A stretch of DNA of 64,000 bases from Acidobacteriota bacterium (GCA_965263035.1 OZ253580.1:4974168-5038167); one strand, 5' to 3'; counted from the stretch's first letter, positions 19,895-30,081 are shown. The notes: generated by a model from the sequence alone, not told the origin. A program made the numbers and translations.

Positions 19895-22407
19895 TGAATG
19901 GATTGGGGGCGTCTATGTTCACGGTACGCGTATCGATGCAGTTGAACCCGAACAGGACGGTGTTGGCAGTCGTTTTCGGGGCAATAGCTATTGCGGCGGT
20001 GCTCGCCGCCGGGCCTCTCGTGGCAGCCGGCGAAGCCTTCCGTGAGATTCGGGTCGAGCCCTCTCCTCTGGTCTTTTCCGGCCCGGGTTCCGTTAGACGA
20101 ATTCTGGTCACGGGGATCACGGTTTCGGGAGAACGGCGGGACCTGACGGCGAAGGCCCGATATGAGGATTCGGCCGGTTTGGTGGAGGTTCAGGGCCAGG
20201 GCTTTCTACACCCCAGGGAGTCGGGAGAAACGACGCTCCAGGTCACGGCCGAAGCACTCAGGGTGGACGTTCCCGTTCGGATCGAGCCGGCCCGGGAACG
20301 GCCGACCACCTTCCTGAAGGACGTCCTGCCGGTCATCAACAAGGTGGGTTGCACCCAGGGCGTCTGCCACGGCGCGGCCAAGGGGAAGAACGGCTTCAAG
20401 CTCTCGTTGCGGGGCTACGATCCCCGCTTCGACTACCAGGCGCTCCTCTACGACATGTCGGGCCGCCGCTTCAATCGCGCCGATCCGGCCCGCAGCCTGA
20501 TGCTGGCCAAGCCCGCCCAGCAGGTGGCCCATGGGGGCGGCCTGAGGCTGCAACCGGACTCCCCCTACTACGACACCCTCCTCCAATGGATCACCGACGG
20601 AGTGCCCTTCGGCGAAGAGTCGACGGATCGTGTCCGGCGGTTGGAGGTTCTTCCGGAAGAGGTCTTCCTGACCGCGCCCGGCCGGAAGCAGAGCGTGGTC
20701 GTGCTGGCTGAATATGAGGACGGCAGTCTCCGGGACGTCACCCGGGAAGCTCATCTCGGCAGCAGCAACACCGAGGCCATCGCCGTGACGGACCCAGCGG
20801 TGGTGGAGGGAGAGCGGGTCGGAGAAGGGGCCCTGCTGGTCCGTTACGAGGGAAAGTTCGTGACGGTCCCGGTCACGGTTCTGAATCCCAGCTCCGGTTT
20901 CGAGTGGCGGCCGCTGCCTCAGCACAACTACATCGACCGCCTGGTGGACGGGAAGCTGGAGCGGATCCGGGTGCAGCCGTCGCTCCCGGCGTCCGGCAGC
21001 GATTTCCTGCGCCGTGTCTCTCTGGACCTGACGGGGCGGCTTCCCCGGCCCCAGGAGGTCCGCGCGTTTCTGGAGGATCCGGCCGATCCGAAGGAGAAAC
21101 GCCGGGAGGCCATCGACCGGCTCATGGGCAGTGACGCCTACGTCGACCACTGGACCCTGAAGTGGGGCGATCTCCTGCGCAACAACCGGAAGTTCCTGGG
21201 CCACAAGGGCATCTGGTCTTTCCGGGAATGGATCCGGCAGTCGGTGGCCGAGAACAAGCCCTACGACCGGCTGGTCCGGGAACTGCTGGCCTCCAAGGGA
21301 AGCACGGTAGAGAACCCCGCCGTCAACTACTTCCGCGTGGCACGGACTCCCCAGGACGCCATGGAGACCACCACGCAACTGTTTCTGGGAGTCCGCATGG
21401 TCTGCGCCCAGTGTCACGACCATCCCTTCGAGAGATGGACCCAGGACCAGTACTTTCAGATGGCGGCCTTCTTTTCCGCCATCGGAATCCGGCCCGGGTT
21501 CAGAAGTGGAGAGGAGATCGTCTACGAGAAGCGCCAGGACACCCGGATGAAGCATCCTAAAGATGGACGGGTGATGGAGCCCAGGTATCTGGTTCCTGTC
21601 GAGGGAGCTCCCGCGCTGGAGGGTGAGGGTGACCAGCGTCCGTCCCTGGTGGACTGGCTGACCTCCAAGGACAATCCCTTCTTTGCCCGGGCGGTGGCCA
21701 ACCGAGTCTGGAGCTACTTCTTCGGCCGGGGCATCATCGAACCGGTGGATGACATCCGGGCCTCCAATCCGGCGGTCAACGTTCCCCTGTTGGATGCCTT
21801 GGCGCAGGATCTGAAGGACCACCATTACGATCTTCAGCATCTCATGCGGACCATCGTCGAGTCCCGGACCTACCAGGCGTCGATCCGGACCAACTCCTGG
21901 AACGAGAACGACGGGATCAACTTCTCCCGCCGGATTCCCCGGCGCCTGAGCGCGGAGCAGCTGGCCGACGCCATCTCCGCGGCGACGGGCTCGCGGGTCG
22001 AGTTCGAGACCGTTCCCGACGACTCCCGCGCGGCGCAATTGCCCGATCCCCACGTGGAGAACGGCGAGTTTCTGGACCTCTTCGGGCGGCCTCAGCGGGA
22101 CCAGCCCTGCGAGTGCGAGCGCAGGAGCGACATGAGCCTTTCCCAGGCGCTGAATCTGGTCAACGGCCCCACCGTGGGCAGGGCCGTGGCGGATCCCGAG
22201 GGGCGGATCGCGTCCCTGATTCTGGAAGGCGTTTCGGATCGCAAGTTGATCGAGGATCTCTACCTGTCCACCCTGAGCCGGCCGCCCACAGCTCCCGAAT
22301 TCGCCTCGGCTGCGCATCTGTTCGAAGGGCGGGAGAGCCGGGCCGGAACGGCCCAGGATCTGCTCTGGGCGCTGCTGAACAGCAACGCCTTTCTGTTCAA
22401 TCGGTGA
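19891..22407 (+). CDS. DUF1549/DUF1553 (PSCyt2/PSD1) domain protein with Ig-like domain
   Basis: Motifs VLPVINKVGCTQGVCHGAAKGKNGFKLSLRGYDP and RMVCAQCHDHPFERWTQDQYFQMAAFF are characteristic of these families. Confidence 0.85.
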   Translation: MMNGLGASMFTVRVSMQLNPNRTVLAVVFGAIAIAAVLAAGPLVAAGEAFREIRVEPSPLVFSGPGSVRRILVTGITVSGERRDLTAKARYEDSAGLVEVQGQGFLHPRESGETTLQVTAEALRVDVPVRIEPARERPTTFLKDVLPVINKVGCTQGVCHGAAKGKNGFKLSLRGYDPRFDYQALLYDMSGRRFNRADPARSLMLAKPAQQVAHGGGLRLQPDSPYYDTLLQWITDGVPFGEESTDRVRRLEVLPEEVFLTAPGRKQSVVVLAEYEDGSLRDVTREAHLGSSNTEAIAVTDPAVVEGERVGEGALLVRYEGKFVTVPVTVLNPSSGFEWRPLPQHNYIDRLVDGKLERIRVQPSLPASGSDFLRRVSLDLTGRLPRPQEVRAFLEDPADPKEKRREAIDRLMGSDAYVDHWTLKWGDLLRNNRKFLGHKGIWSFREWIRQSVAENKPYDRLVRELLASKGSTVENPAVNYFRVARTPQDAMETTTQLFLGVRMVCAQCHDHPFERWTQDQYFQMAAFFSAIGIRPGFRSGEEIVYEKRQDTRMKHPKDGRVMEPRYLVPVEGAPALEGEGDQRPSLVDWLTSKDNPFFARAVANRVWSYFFGRGIIEPVDDIRASNPAVNVPLLDALAQDLKDHHYDLQHLMRTIVESRTYQASIRTNSWNENDGINFSRRIPRRLSAEQLADAISAATGSRVEFETVPDDSRAAQLPDPHVENGEFLDLFGRPQRDQPCECERRSDMSLSQALNLVNGPTVGRAVADPEGRIASLILEGVSDRKLIEDLYLSTLSRPPTAPEFASAAHLFEGRESRAGTAQDLLWALLNSNAFLFNR

Positions 22408-22512
22408 GTGGACGGGCGTGAGGTTGCAAGACGGGGTCCGAGAGTGGAGAATGGGCCGCAACGGCCGGTTCCCCACCGTCCGTCTGGCGGAAGTTTTTGA
22501 AGGAGGTATCGA

Positions 22513-23973
22513 ATGCTAGTCGTACCAGGTCATCGCGCGTTTCTTTGTGACGGTCCGACGCGCCGGGAGTTTCTCAGGGTCGGCTCCATCGGCCTTTTCG
22601 GTCTCGGCCTTCCCAATTTCCTCTCCTGGCAGGCCGCCCAAGCCGCCTCCACGCCGTCGGTTGCCGGCGACCTGGTGGCCAGCAAAGGCTTCGGCTCCGC
22701 CAAGAGCGTGATCCTCCTCTTTCTCCAAGGCGGACCCAGCCACATCGATATCTGGGATCCCAAGCCGGACGCCCCGGCCAACATTCGGGGCGAGTTCAAA
22801 GCCATCAAGAGCAAGGTCCCCGGAATCTGGCTCAGCGAGACCATGCCCAAGCTGGCCCAGCAGGTGGACAAGTGCACCTTGATCCGCTCCATGAGCTACA
22901 CGCCCAAGGGACTGTTCAACCACACCGCGGCCATCTACCAGATGCTGACCGGATATCCACCTGATCGGGTCTCGCCGTCGGGACAGTTGGAACCCCCGTC
23001 GCCTGCCGATTTCCCTACGGCGGGATCGCACATCTCCAAGATGCTTCCTCTCGACGATCCGGTGCTGCCTTTCGTGGAGATGCCGCGACCGCTGCAGGAA
23101 TCCAACGTGGTGGGGAAGGGAGGGGCCGCCGGGTTCCTGGGCAAGGCCTACGATCCCTATCGGCTCTATCAGGATCCCAACAAGCCGATCCGGCTGGAGG
23201 ACCTGTCGTTGCGCCAGGAAGTCCCGCCCCAGCGGTTGAAGGACCGCTTCGCCCTGCTGAAGGGGATCAACAAGTCCATGCCCGATCTGGAGAAGGCCGT
23301 GGGCCAGTACGCGGTCGACGAGTACTACGAGCGGGCCTACGACCTGGTCCTCTCGGGCAAGGCCCGGGCCGCCTTCGACCTGGAGCAGGAGCCGGTCGCC
23401 GTGCGGGAGCGCTATGGGCGCACCACCTTCGGACAGGGAGCGCTGATGGCCCGCCGCCTGGTGGAGGCCGGAACCCGCTTCGTTCAGCTCAACTGGCCTT
23501 CCGTGGCCAACGGGAACCCGGAAACCACGGCCTGGGACACCCACGCCGCCAATTTCGGTCCCCTGAAGAACCTGCATTGTCCGGTTCTGGATCAGGCTCT
23601 ATCCGCGCTTCTGGAGGATATGGACGACCGGGGGTTGCTGGAGGAGACTCTGGTGGTGACGGTGGGAGAGTTCGGCCGATCGCCTCGGCTGGGCGTGAGC
23701 ACCTCGGGGAACACCAACTCTCCCGACGGCCGGGATCACTGGCCCTACTGCTACACGGCGCTGGTGGCGGGCGCAGGCATCGCTCGCGGGGCACTCTACG
23801 GAGAGTCGGACGAGACCGGATCCTCACCCAGGGAGAAGCCGGTGCATCCCAACGATCTGCTGGCCAGCGTCTACTTCAGCCTGGGCATCGATCCGCACAT
23901 GGAGGTCCTCAACCACCTGGATCAGCCTCGTGAGCTGGTGAAGGGGACCCCCTTGCTGGATCTGTGGGGGTAG
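22513..23973 (+). CDS. DUF1501 domain protein (sulfatase-fold, Tat signal)
   Basis: [35 protein letters not shown] and GRDHW motifs. An AGGAGG Shine-Dalgarno precedes the start. Confidence 0.9.
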   Translation: MLVVPGHRAFLCDGPTRREFLRVGSIGLFGLGLPNFLSWQAAQAASTPSVAGDLVASKGFGSAKSVILLFLQGGPSHIDIWDPKPDAPANIRGEFKAIKSKVPGIWLSETMPKLAQQVDKCTLIRSMSYTPKGLFNHTAAIYQMLTGYPPDRVSPSGQLEPPSPADFPTAGSHISKMLPLDDPVLPFVEMPRPLQESNVVGKGGAAGFLGKAYDPYRLYQDPNKPIRLEDLSLRQEVPPQRLKDRFALLKGINKSMPDLEKAVGQYAVDEYYERAYDLVLSGKARAAFDLEQEPVAVRERYGRTTFGQGALMARRLVEAGTRFVQLNWPSVANGNPETTAWDTHAANFGPLKNLHCPVLDQALSALLEDMDDRGLLEETLVVTVGEFGRSPRLGVSTSGNTNSPDGRDHWPYCYTALVAGAGIARGALYGESDETGSSPREKPVHPNDLLASVYFSLGIDPHMEVLNHLDQPRELVKGTPLLDLWG

Positions 23974-24048
23974 TTCCACCGGAATCGGTTGGACGAAAGG
24001 AATTTCGGCGCCGGACAACCCGCGGCGGGTCGTATCCCGCATGTGTGC

Positions 24049-24170
24049 CTACCCGTCGAATCCGCACCACTCCAGGATGGTCAGCGCGTAGATCGTGAGT
24101 CCTTCCACGATCTGATCCAGTTTCAGATACTCGTCGTAGCAGTGGACCCGGCGGTAGTCCGCCGCCCCCA
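24049..24170 (-). pseudogene. orphan 3'-end fragment of an M20 peptidase gene (duplicate of 26448-26564)
   Basis: It translates as ..DYRRVHCYDEYLKLDQIVEGLTIYALTILEWCGFDG* and has its own TAG stop. My manual alignment to the 3' end of the intact gene at 26422..27810 shows about 6 mismatches over 117 nt. Confidence 0.7.
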
Positions 24171-24289
24171 GCTCGGTCGGGACCGGCTGCGCAAATTACA
24201 TCCCTGCCGATGCAAGGCACGCGCTCCGATGCACCGGCTCGGAGCCGCGCCATCCTGTACGTCGCCGAGGGATGCACGTGGCGGGTTAA

Positions 24290-24451
24290 CAGTCCGTGGT
24301 GAAAGTCCCGCGTAAGCACCGAGACCGGGGCTGCGCCCGCCGGACAAGGCGCGGTGAGGGAGCATATTCGACCCTATGTGACCGAGGCGCAACGCAGTCC
24401 GCGCACGATGCAGGGACGGTCGAATGCCGCGACGACTTTTGCCACGGGCTG
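24290..24451 (+). repeat. family-1 MITE-like element, copy D
   Basis: Full-length copy with TTAA on both flanks. The right-hand TTAA contains the stop codon of the BCCT gene. Confidence 0.8.
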
Positions 24452-26008
24452 TTAACGGACCCTGCCCGCGGTGCTCGCGCGCAGGCCCTTCCAGGTGCTG
24501 TAGCACATGGCGACCAGCACCAGCGCGAAGGGGAGAGCGGCGGCGAGCGTGGCCGCCTGCGCCGCCACAAGGCCGCCGCCGAGCAGCAGCGCGATGGCGG
24601 TCAGCCCCTCGAAGACGCACCAGAACACGCGCTGGGCAACCGGCGCATCCAGCTTGCCGCCGGCGGTGATGGTGTCGATGACCAGTGATCCGGAGTCGGA
24701 GGAGGTGACGAAGAACACCACCACCAGCACGAGGCCGATGAACGAGGTGACGGTCGCAAGTGGCAGCGTCTCCAGCAGCGCGAACAGGGCGATCTCCGGC
24801 TGCTGCGCCTGCACCGCCGCGATCACGGCGGGATGGCCGCGGTCGACGTACTGCGACACCGCGGTCCCGCCGAAGGCATTCATCCAGATCGTGGCAGTCA
24901 GCGTCGGGATGACCATCATGCAGGCGACCAGTTCGCGCACCGTCCGGCCACGCGAGACCCGGGCGATGAACAGGCCGACGAAGGGGGACCACGAGAGCCA
25001 CCAGGCCCAGAAGAAGGTCGTCCAGCCGTGCATGAAGTCGAGATCCTCGCGTCCTACCCAGTTGCTGAGCGGTCCGATCGATGCGAGATACTGGCCGAGG
25101 CTGGTGACGGCGCCGGTGGCGATGGCGCGCGTCGGCCCGACCGTCAGCACGAAAACCAGCAGCAACAGGGCCAGTAGCAGGTTGGCCTCGCTCAGCCGCT
25201 TGACCCCCTTCTCCATGCCGCTGATAACCGACGCCAGCGCCATGCCGGTGATACCGACGATCAGCAATACCTGGGTGGTGTCGGTCGCCGGCGTGCCCCA
25301 CAGGCGGGCCAGCCCCGCCGCCAACTGCTCGGCGCCCAGGCCGAGCGATGTGGCCAGCCCAAAGAGCGTGGCGAAGACGGCAAGGGTGTCGAGGCCGTGG
25401 CCGAACCAGCCCCACACGGCCTTCCCCATGAGCGGATAGAACGCCGACCGCAGCGCCAGCGGCAGGCCGAGGTTATACGACGCGAAGGCGATCGCCACCG
25501 CCACCACCGCGTACATGGCCCATCCATGGATTCCCCAGTGGTAGATGGCGCTGGCCATGCCGAGGCGCGCCGCCGCCGCCGTGTCGGCCGCATCGAGACC
25601 GAGCGGCGGTTGCAGGAAATGCTCCACCGGTTCCGCCACCCCGAAGAACATCAGGCCGATGCCCGTCCCGGCGGCGAACAGCATGGCGAACCAGGTCGAT
25701 CGGGAGTAGTCCGGCCGGGCATCCGCGCCGCCCAGGCGCACACGGCCAGGCGGGGTCACCAGCAATAGCAGGCAGAAGAGCACGAAGAGGTTGCCCGCGC
25801 CCATCAACACCCAGTCGAAGGTCGACATGAGCCACGCGCGCAGCGCCCCGAAGGCGACCGCCGCCTCAGCCTGGAACGCCAGCACCCCGGCGACGAATAC
25901 GATGATGGTGACGCTGGAGACGACGAAAACCGGATTATGGATGTCGAGGCCGAAGAACTGGACGTTGTCCCGACCCAGCTTGTAGTCGATCTCCGAGATC
26001 TCAGCCAT
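24452..26008 (-). CDS. BCCT-family betaine/carnitine/choline transporter
   Basis: 518 aa with WFAMLFAAGTGIGLMFFGVAEP and WTTFFWAWWLSWSPFVGLFIARVSRGRTVRE signatures. The gene looks more GC-rich than its neighbours. Confidence 0.9.
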   Translation of the reverse strand: MAEISEIDYKLGRDNVQFFGLDIHNPVFVVSSVTIIVFVAGVLAFQAEAAVAFGALRAWLMSTFDWVLMGAGNLFVLFCLLLLVTPPGRVRLGGADARPDYSRSTWFAMLFAAGTGIGLMFFGVAEPVEHFLQPPLGLDAADTAAAARLGMASAIYHWGIHGWAMYAVVAVAIAFASYNLGLPLALRSAFYPLMGKAVWGWFGHGLDTLAVFATLFGLATSLGLGAEQLAAGLARLWGTPATDTTQVLLIVGITGMALASVISGMEKGVKRLSEANLLLALLLLVFVLTVGPTRAIATGAVTSLGQYLASIGPLSNWVGREDLDFMHGWTTFFWAWWLSWSPFVGLFIARVSRGRTVRELVACMMVIPTLTATIWMNAFGGTAVSQYVDRGHPAVIAAVQAQQPEIALFALLETLPLATVTSFIGLVLVVVFFVTSSDSGSLVIDTITAGGKLDAPVAQRVFWCVFEGLTAIALLLGGGLVAAQAATLAAALPFALVLVAMCYSTWKGLRASTAGRVR

Positions 26009-26206
26009 GGGGTTTCTTCAGCGGTGTTGCAGCACCGCCGTTCCACCGCCACCACGGCGGTAAACAGCGGGGCAATGACGTGCGGCGTGCACGTCTGATA
26101 CTGCCGCTGGCCAAAGGTCGGTCATTCTTCGCGAGCCGGGAAGCTTCGGCGAATACTAGGGTGCACAACCGCTCCTTGGTGCAACCTGCCGGCAGTGTTT
26201 ATCATT

Positions 26207-26369
26207 AGGAGTCTGCGCGGTAGAAATGATCGTAGCGAGAAAGTGGGGAATCGAGGCCAGATTTTCTCGATTTTGAGGTGCATAGTTGTTCTATTCGCCG
26301 AGAAATCGGGGAAATATGGACCGATTCTACCGCTTTCGCAGTAGATCAATTTCTGCGGCGCAGGCTCCT
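26207..26369 (+). repeat. family-2 MITE-like element, copy 2
   Basis: 163 nt, with no difference from copy 1 that I could find. Confidence 0.8.
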
Positions 26370-26421
26370 TGGTGAAGCTGGAAGGATTGCGCGTGGCCAC
26401 GACCGGACGAGTCGCTGCCGG

Positions 26422-27810
26422 CTAACAGCTTGGTACAGCACTCTGCGCGTCGAATTCGCACCACTCCAGGATGGTCAGCGCGTAGATCGTGAGTCCTTCC
26501 ACGATCTGATCCAGCTCCAGATACTCGTCGTAGCAGTGGGCCCGGCGGTAGTCCCCCGGCCCCATGAGCAGTGAGGGCACCCCGCATTCCTGGTAGAAGC
26601 GGGCGTCGCTCACCGGCTGCCAGGTCATGTAGCGCGGTTCCTGCCCCAGCGCGGTTTCGTACGCACGGCCGGCGGCGGTGACCAACGGGTGGTCCTGCTC
26701 GATCCGAAACGGCGGCCAGTCCAGACGCCATTGCACGTCGGGAGGATGCTCCCGGAGCCAGGGGTCCATCTGGCAGATGGCCTGAATCCGGTCGTCGACT
26801 TCCTTCCGGACGCGCTCGTAACTGTCCTGCGGGTCCCGCCACACGGCGGCTCCCAACTCGCAGTGATCCGCCACGAAGAAGGGGATCTCGATCCCCTTGG
26901 GATGGCCGTGGATCCAGGCCGTGATGATGGACGGGTACCCCATGGGGGTGAGGCCCCGCGGGTCGAGCTTGCTGGCAGCCCACTCCTCGTCCAGCTCGGC
27001 CAGGCCCCGGTAGATCTTCAGGGCCTTGCCGATGGCGTCCATGCCCACGTCTCCCCCTTCGTAGCCCATGCGGTAGGTGCGGTACCCCATGGCGGCGTGA
27101 ACCGGTTTACCCGTGACCTCGATGTGCAGCCATGAGGCCCCGCCGGAAGCCAGGCAGATACCGTGGCGGTGAGGCGGCGCCGACGATTCACACACCAGGC
27201 AGGCGTCGGTGACGCAACGGGGGTTCCGGGGAAGGAAATATCCCGGGCCGTGCGTCTTCCCGTCCATGGTCTCCTCGCCCACCGTGGCGTGAAGCTGCAG
27301 CTCGCCCCGGAGACGAAAACCGGCCCGCTGGATCACCTCCACGGCCTTGATCATGCAGGCCAGGGGACCCTTGTCATCGGTGGAACCGCGGCCCCAGAGC
27401 TTCCCTTCTTCGAGACGCGCGCTGAACGGATCTCCCCAGCGCCACTCCTCGTGGGGGCCGGTGGGGACGGTGTCGGTGTGGGCGTTGAGCGCCAGGGACC
27501 GACCACCGCCGCTGCCGGGGAGAATACCGATGAGGTTGGGCCGAAGCGGTTCCTTGGCCTCCATGAAGGTCTCCGCGCCCAGTGTGGAAAAGACCGGCTG
27601 CAGGTGCTCGGCCACCTTCTTCTCGCCGCCGAGGGTCACGGGAGCGTCGTACAGCTTGGTGTAACCCCGCTCCTGGTAGATCTTGGCGTAGGCGTAATTG
27701 GGGCTCTCGCTGGGAATCCGCACCAGCTCCCGGATGAGTTGGACGGTCTCGTCGTAGAGCCCCTCGGCGGCAGCGGAGACTCGCGCGTGGACCTCTGGGT
27801 CGATGCTCAT
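26422..27810 (-). CDS. M20-family metallopeptidase (ArgE/DapE/CPG2-like)
   Basis: LNAHTDTVP and GRGSTDDKG motifs; 462 aa. Confidence 0.85.
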   Translation of the reverse strand: MSIDPEVHARVSAAAEGLYDETVQLIRELVRIPSESPNYAYAKIYQERGYTKLYDAPVTLGGEKKVAEHLQPVFSTLGAETFMEAKEPLRPNLIGILPGSGGGRSLALNAHTDTVPTGPHEEWRWGDPFSARLEEGKLWGRGSTDDKGPLACMIKAVEVIQRAGFRLRGELQLHATVGEETMDGKTHGPGYFLPRNPRCVTDACLVCESSAPPHRHGICLASGGASWLHIEVTGKPVHAAMGYRTYRMGYEGGDVGMDAIGKALKIYRGLAELDEEWAASKLDPRGLTPMGYPSIITAWIHGHPKGIEIPFFVADHCELGAAVWRDPQDSYERVRKEVDDRIQAICQMDPWLREHPPDVQWRLDWPPFRIEQDHPLVTAAGRAYETALGQEPRYMTWQPVSDARFYQECGVPSLLMGPGDYRRAHCYDEYLELDQIVEGLTIYALTILEWCEFDAQSAVPSC

Positions 27811-27831
27811 TTCGCGCTCCTGTCAGGAGTT

Positions 27832-29391
27832 CTATTGGTGAAACCGAAGGGCTCGGCCCGGCAACGGACTTTCCAGATCTCCGACCGGTTCCGAGTTCCG
27901 GAGGATGGGAACGCCGTTGACCACCACGTGATCGATTCCCAGGGGGAGCTGATGGGGGTTTTTGTAGGTGGCTCGATCCTGGACCGTGTCCGGGTCGAAG
28001 ACCACCAGATCCGCGAAGTTCCCCTCTTTCAGGACCCCCCGATCCCGTAGCCCGAAACGGCGGGCCGGGTAGCCGCTCAGCTTGTGAACCGCAGCTTCCA
28101 GGGAGAAGAGTTTCCGGTCCCGGACACAGGGACCCAGGAGGCGTGGCCCCGATCCGTAATGCCGGGGATGGATGAGGCCCCCCTCATGGTAGATCCCGTC
28201 GCTGCCCATCATGTAGTGGCTGTGGCTCAGAAAGGGCTCCACCATCGAATCGTCCCCCCGGTGAAACACCAGCAGGATCGACAGGTTCTCCTCGATCAGC
28301 AGGTCGGCGACCGCGTCGGCCGGGGGGAGTCCGCGCCGGGAGATGTATTCGCCCATGGACAGGCCTTGCAGGTGGTGGTTGCCCTTGCTGGAGGTCCAGG
28401 CGATGATCGCCCGATCCAAGGGCGGGACGTCCAGGATCGAGGCCAACCGATCCCGAAACCTGCGGGTCCGGAGCTGATCCAGAGCCGCCAGCGGTCCCTG
28501 GTCCCAGATCTCGTAGGGCACGAGGAAATTGAGCATGGTGGACCCGGGCAGGTAGGGGTAGACGTCGAAGGAGAAGTCCACCTCTTGAGTGGCCACTTGG
28601 TCGACATAGTTCAGGATCTCTTCAGCCGTGGGTTCGTTGGCGGCCTTCAGGTGGGAGATGTGCACCGGGACCCCGGCTCTCCGGCCGATCTCCACGGCCT
28701 CCTTGAGGGCCTCCAAGGTTCCCATCTTGTAGCGCATGTGGGTCGCATACAGACCCTGGGGAGCCATGACCCGGCAGGCCCGGACCAGTTCGTCGGTGGA
28801 GGCGTGGCACTGGGAGATGTAGTCCAGCCCGGTGGAGATTCCCACGGCGCCCGCCTCCATCCCCTTTTCGATCTCCCTCAGGATCTGAGCCATCTGGACA
28901 TCGTCCGGCGCCTGCCGTCGGAACCCGCAGGCGAGGGAACGGACGTTGGCGTAGGGGATGTGAGGGATGCTGTTCTGTACGGTCCGGCCATCCAGGAGCG
29001 ACATGTATTCGGCGAGACTCTCCCAGCCTTCGTACTCCTCCAGCCGGAGTCCGTTGAGCGACCGCAGGTAGTAGATCCAGGAGTGGGCCGTCTCCCGGTC
29101 GACGGGGGCGTAGGAGATCCCGTCGGCCATGATCACCTCGGTGGTGAATCCCTGGGCCGTCTTGGACAGGAAGTTGGGGTTCGTGAGCAGCCACGAATCG
29201 GAGTGATTGTGAACGTCCACGAAACCCGGCGCCACGACCCGCCCCCCGGCGTCGATCCGATCGCCGGCCTCCTTGCCGGTCAGGTCTCCGATCTGTTGAA
29301 TCCGGTCCCCGCTAATGCCGAGATCCGTCCTGAAGCGAGGATTGCCGGTGCCGTCGATGAGAATTCCGCCCTGAACGATGAGATCCAACAT
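27832..29391 (-). CDS. D-aminoacylase (N-acyl-D-amino-acid deacylase), amidohydrolase superfamily
   Basis: MLDLIVQGGILIDGTGNP...GRVVAPGFVDVHNHSD. I place the start at M88 of the track ORF; M82 at 29409 is an alternative. Confidence 0.8.
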   Translation of the reverse strand: MLDLIVQGGILIDGTGNPRFRTDLGISGDRIQQIGDLTGKEAGDRIDAGGRVVAPGFVDVHNHSDSWLLTNPNFLSKTAQGFTTEVIMADGISYAPVDRETAHSWIYYLRSLNGLRLEEYEGWESLAEYMSLLDGRTVQNSIPHIPYANVRSLACGFRRQAPDDVQMAQILREIEKGMEAGAVGISTGLDYISQCHASTDELVRACRVMAPQGLYATHMRYKMGTLEALKEAVEIGRRAGVPVHISHLKAANEPTAEEILNYVDQVATQEVDFSFDVYPYLPGSTMLNFLVPYEIWDQGPLAALDQLRTRRFRDRLASILDVPPLDRAIIAWTSSKGNHHLQGLSMGEYISRRGLPPADAVADLLIEENLSILLVFHRGDDSMVEPFLSHSHYMMGSDGIYHEGGLIHPRHYGSGPRLLGPCVRDRKLFSLEAAVHKLSGYPARRFGLRDRGVLKEGNFADLVVFDPDTVQDRATYKNPHQLPLGIDHVVVNGVPILRNSEPVGDLESPLPGRALRFHQ

Positions 29392-29509
29392 GGGGCCCGA
29401 TTCTAACATTCGCCGGATAAGGAAATTAGGAAACCAGAAAAGAGAGAAGAGACGTGCACCCGCTGGCCCGAGGTTGAGGCGGCCGTATCTGCTAGAATCT
29501 GGACCCCGT

Positions 29510-30049
29510 ATGACCGCCCGGGAGTTGGATCCTCTGGCTGAAGCGTATTCCAGGCGGGGACTCCGTTTGCCTGCCATCGAGCGGGTCGAGGGTTCGGTGA
29601 TCCCCCAACCGTACCGGGACCTGCTGGTCCACGACCGGGACATGACTCCCACCTTGGAAGCGTTCCACGGAGAGCTGATTCATCTCCGGGTGATGAGCCG
29701 TGACGCCCCGTCCGGAATTCTCTTCCGGGAAGTCGTCCTGGTCACTACGGCAAGCGCCAAGCCGGTGGAGTTCGGAGCGATCCGAATCCGGCTCGACGGT
29801 TTCGGGGCATCGGCCCGGGAAATGATCCGGGAAGGCCTGCTCCCGCTGGGGACCATCTTGAAGCGGGAGAACGTCCCTCACCTGAGCGACCCTCAGCGCT
29901 ATCTCCGAGTCGAACCGGACCAGGTCGTCGCCCAGGCCCTGGAACTGGACGGCCGCGAACCGCTATATGGGCGGCACAATCTGATATCCGGTGAGGACGG
30001 CCGGGTCCTGGCCGAGATGGTGGAGATTCTTCCTCCCTGGTCCGAGTAG
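29510..30049 (+). CDS. chorismate-lyase-like (DUF98/UTRA-fold) protein
   Basis: The LLVHDRDMTPTLEAFHG...FREVVL...PVEFGAIRI pattern weakly resembles the family. The start is ATG 29510 inside the track ORF. Confidence 0.4.
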   Translation: MTARELDPLAEAYSRRGLRLPAIERVEGSVIPQPYRDLLVHDRDMTPTLEAFHGELIHLRVMSRDAPSGILFREVVLVTTASAKPVEFGAIRIRLDGFGASAREMIREGLLPLGTILKRENVPHLSDPQRYLRVEPDQVVAQALELDGREPLYGRHNLISGEDGRVLAEMVEILPPWSE

Positions 30050-30081
30050 GGTCTACGCGGAACCGCTCCGTCCCGGAGCCT

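Noticed and set aside
26009-26206. The GGTGCA(CA)ACC direct repeat and the GC-rich stretch upstream of the BCCT gene as a defined operator or gene relic.
   Set aside because: There are only two short imperfect repeats, and I could not find a supporting reading frame or a known binding-site pattern. It is noted within the cassette finding only.
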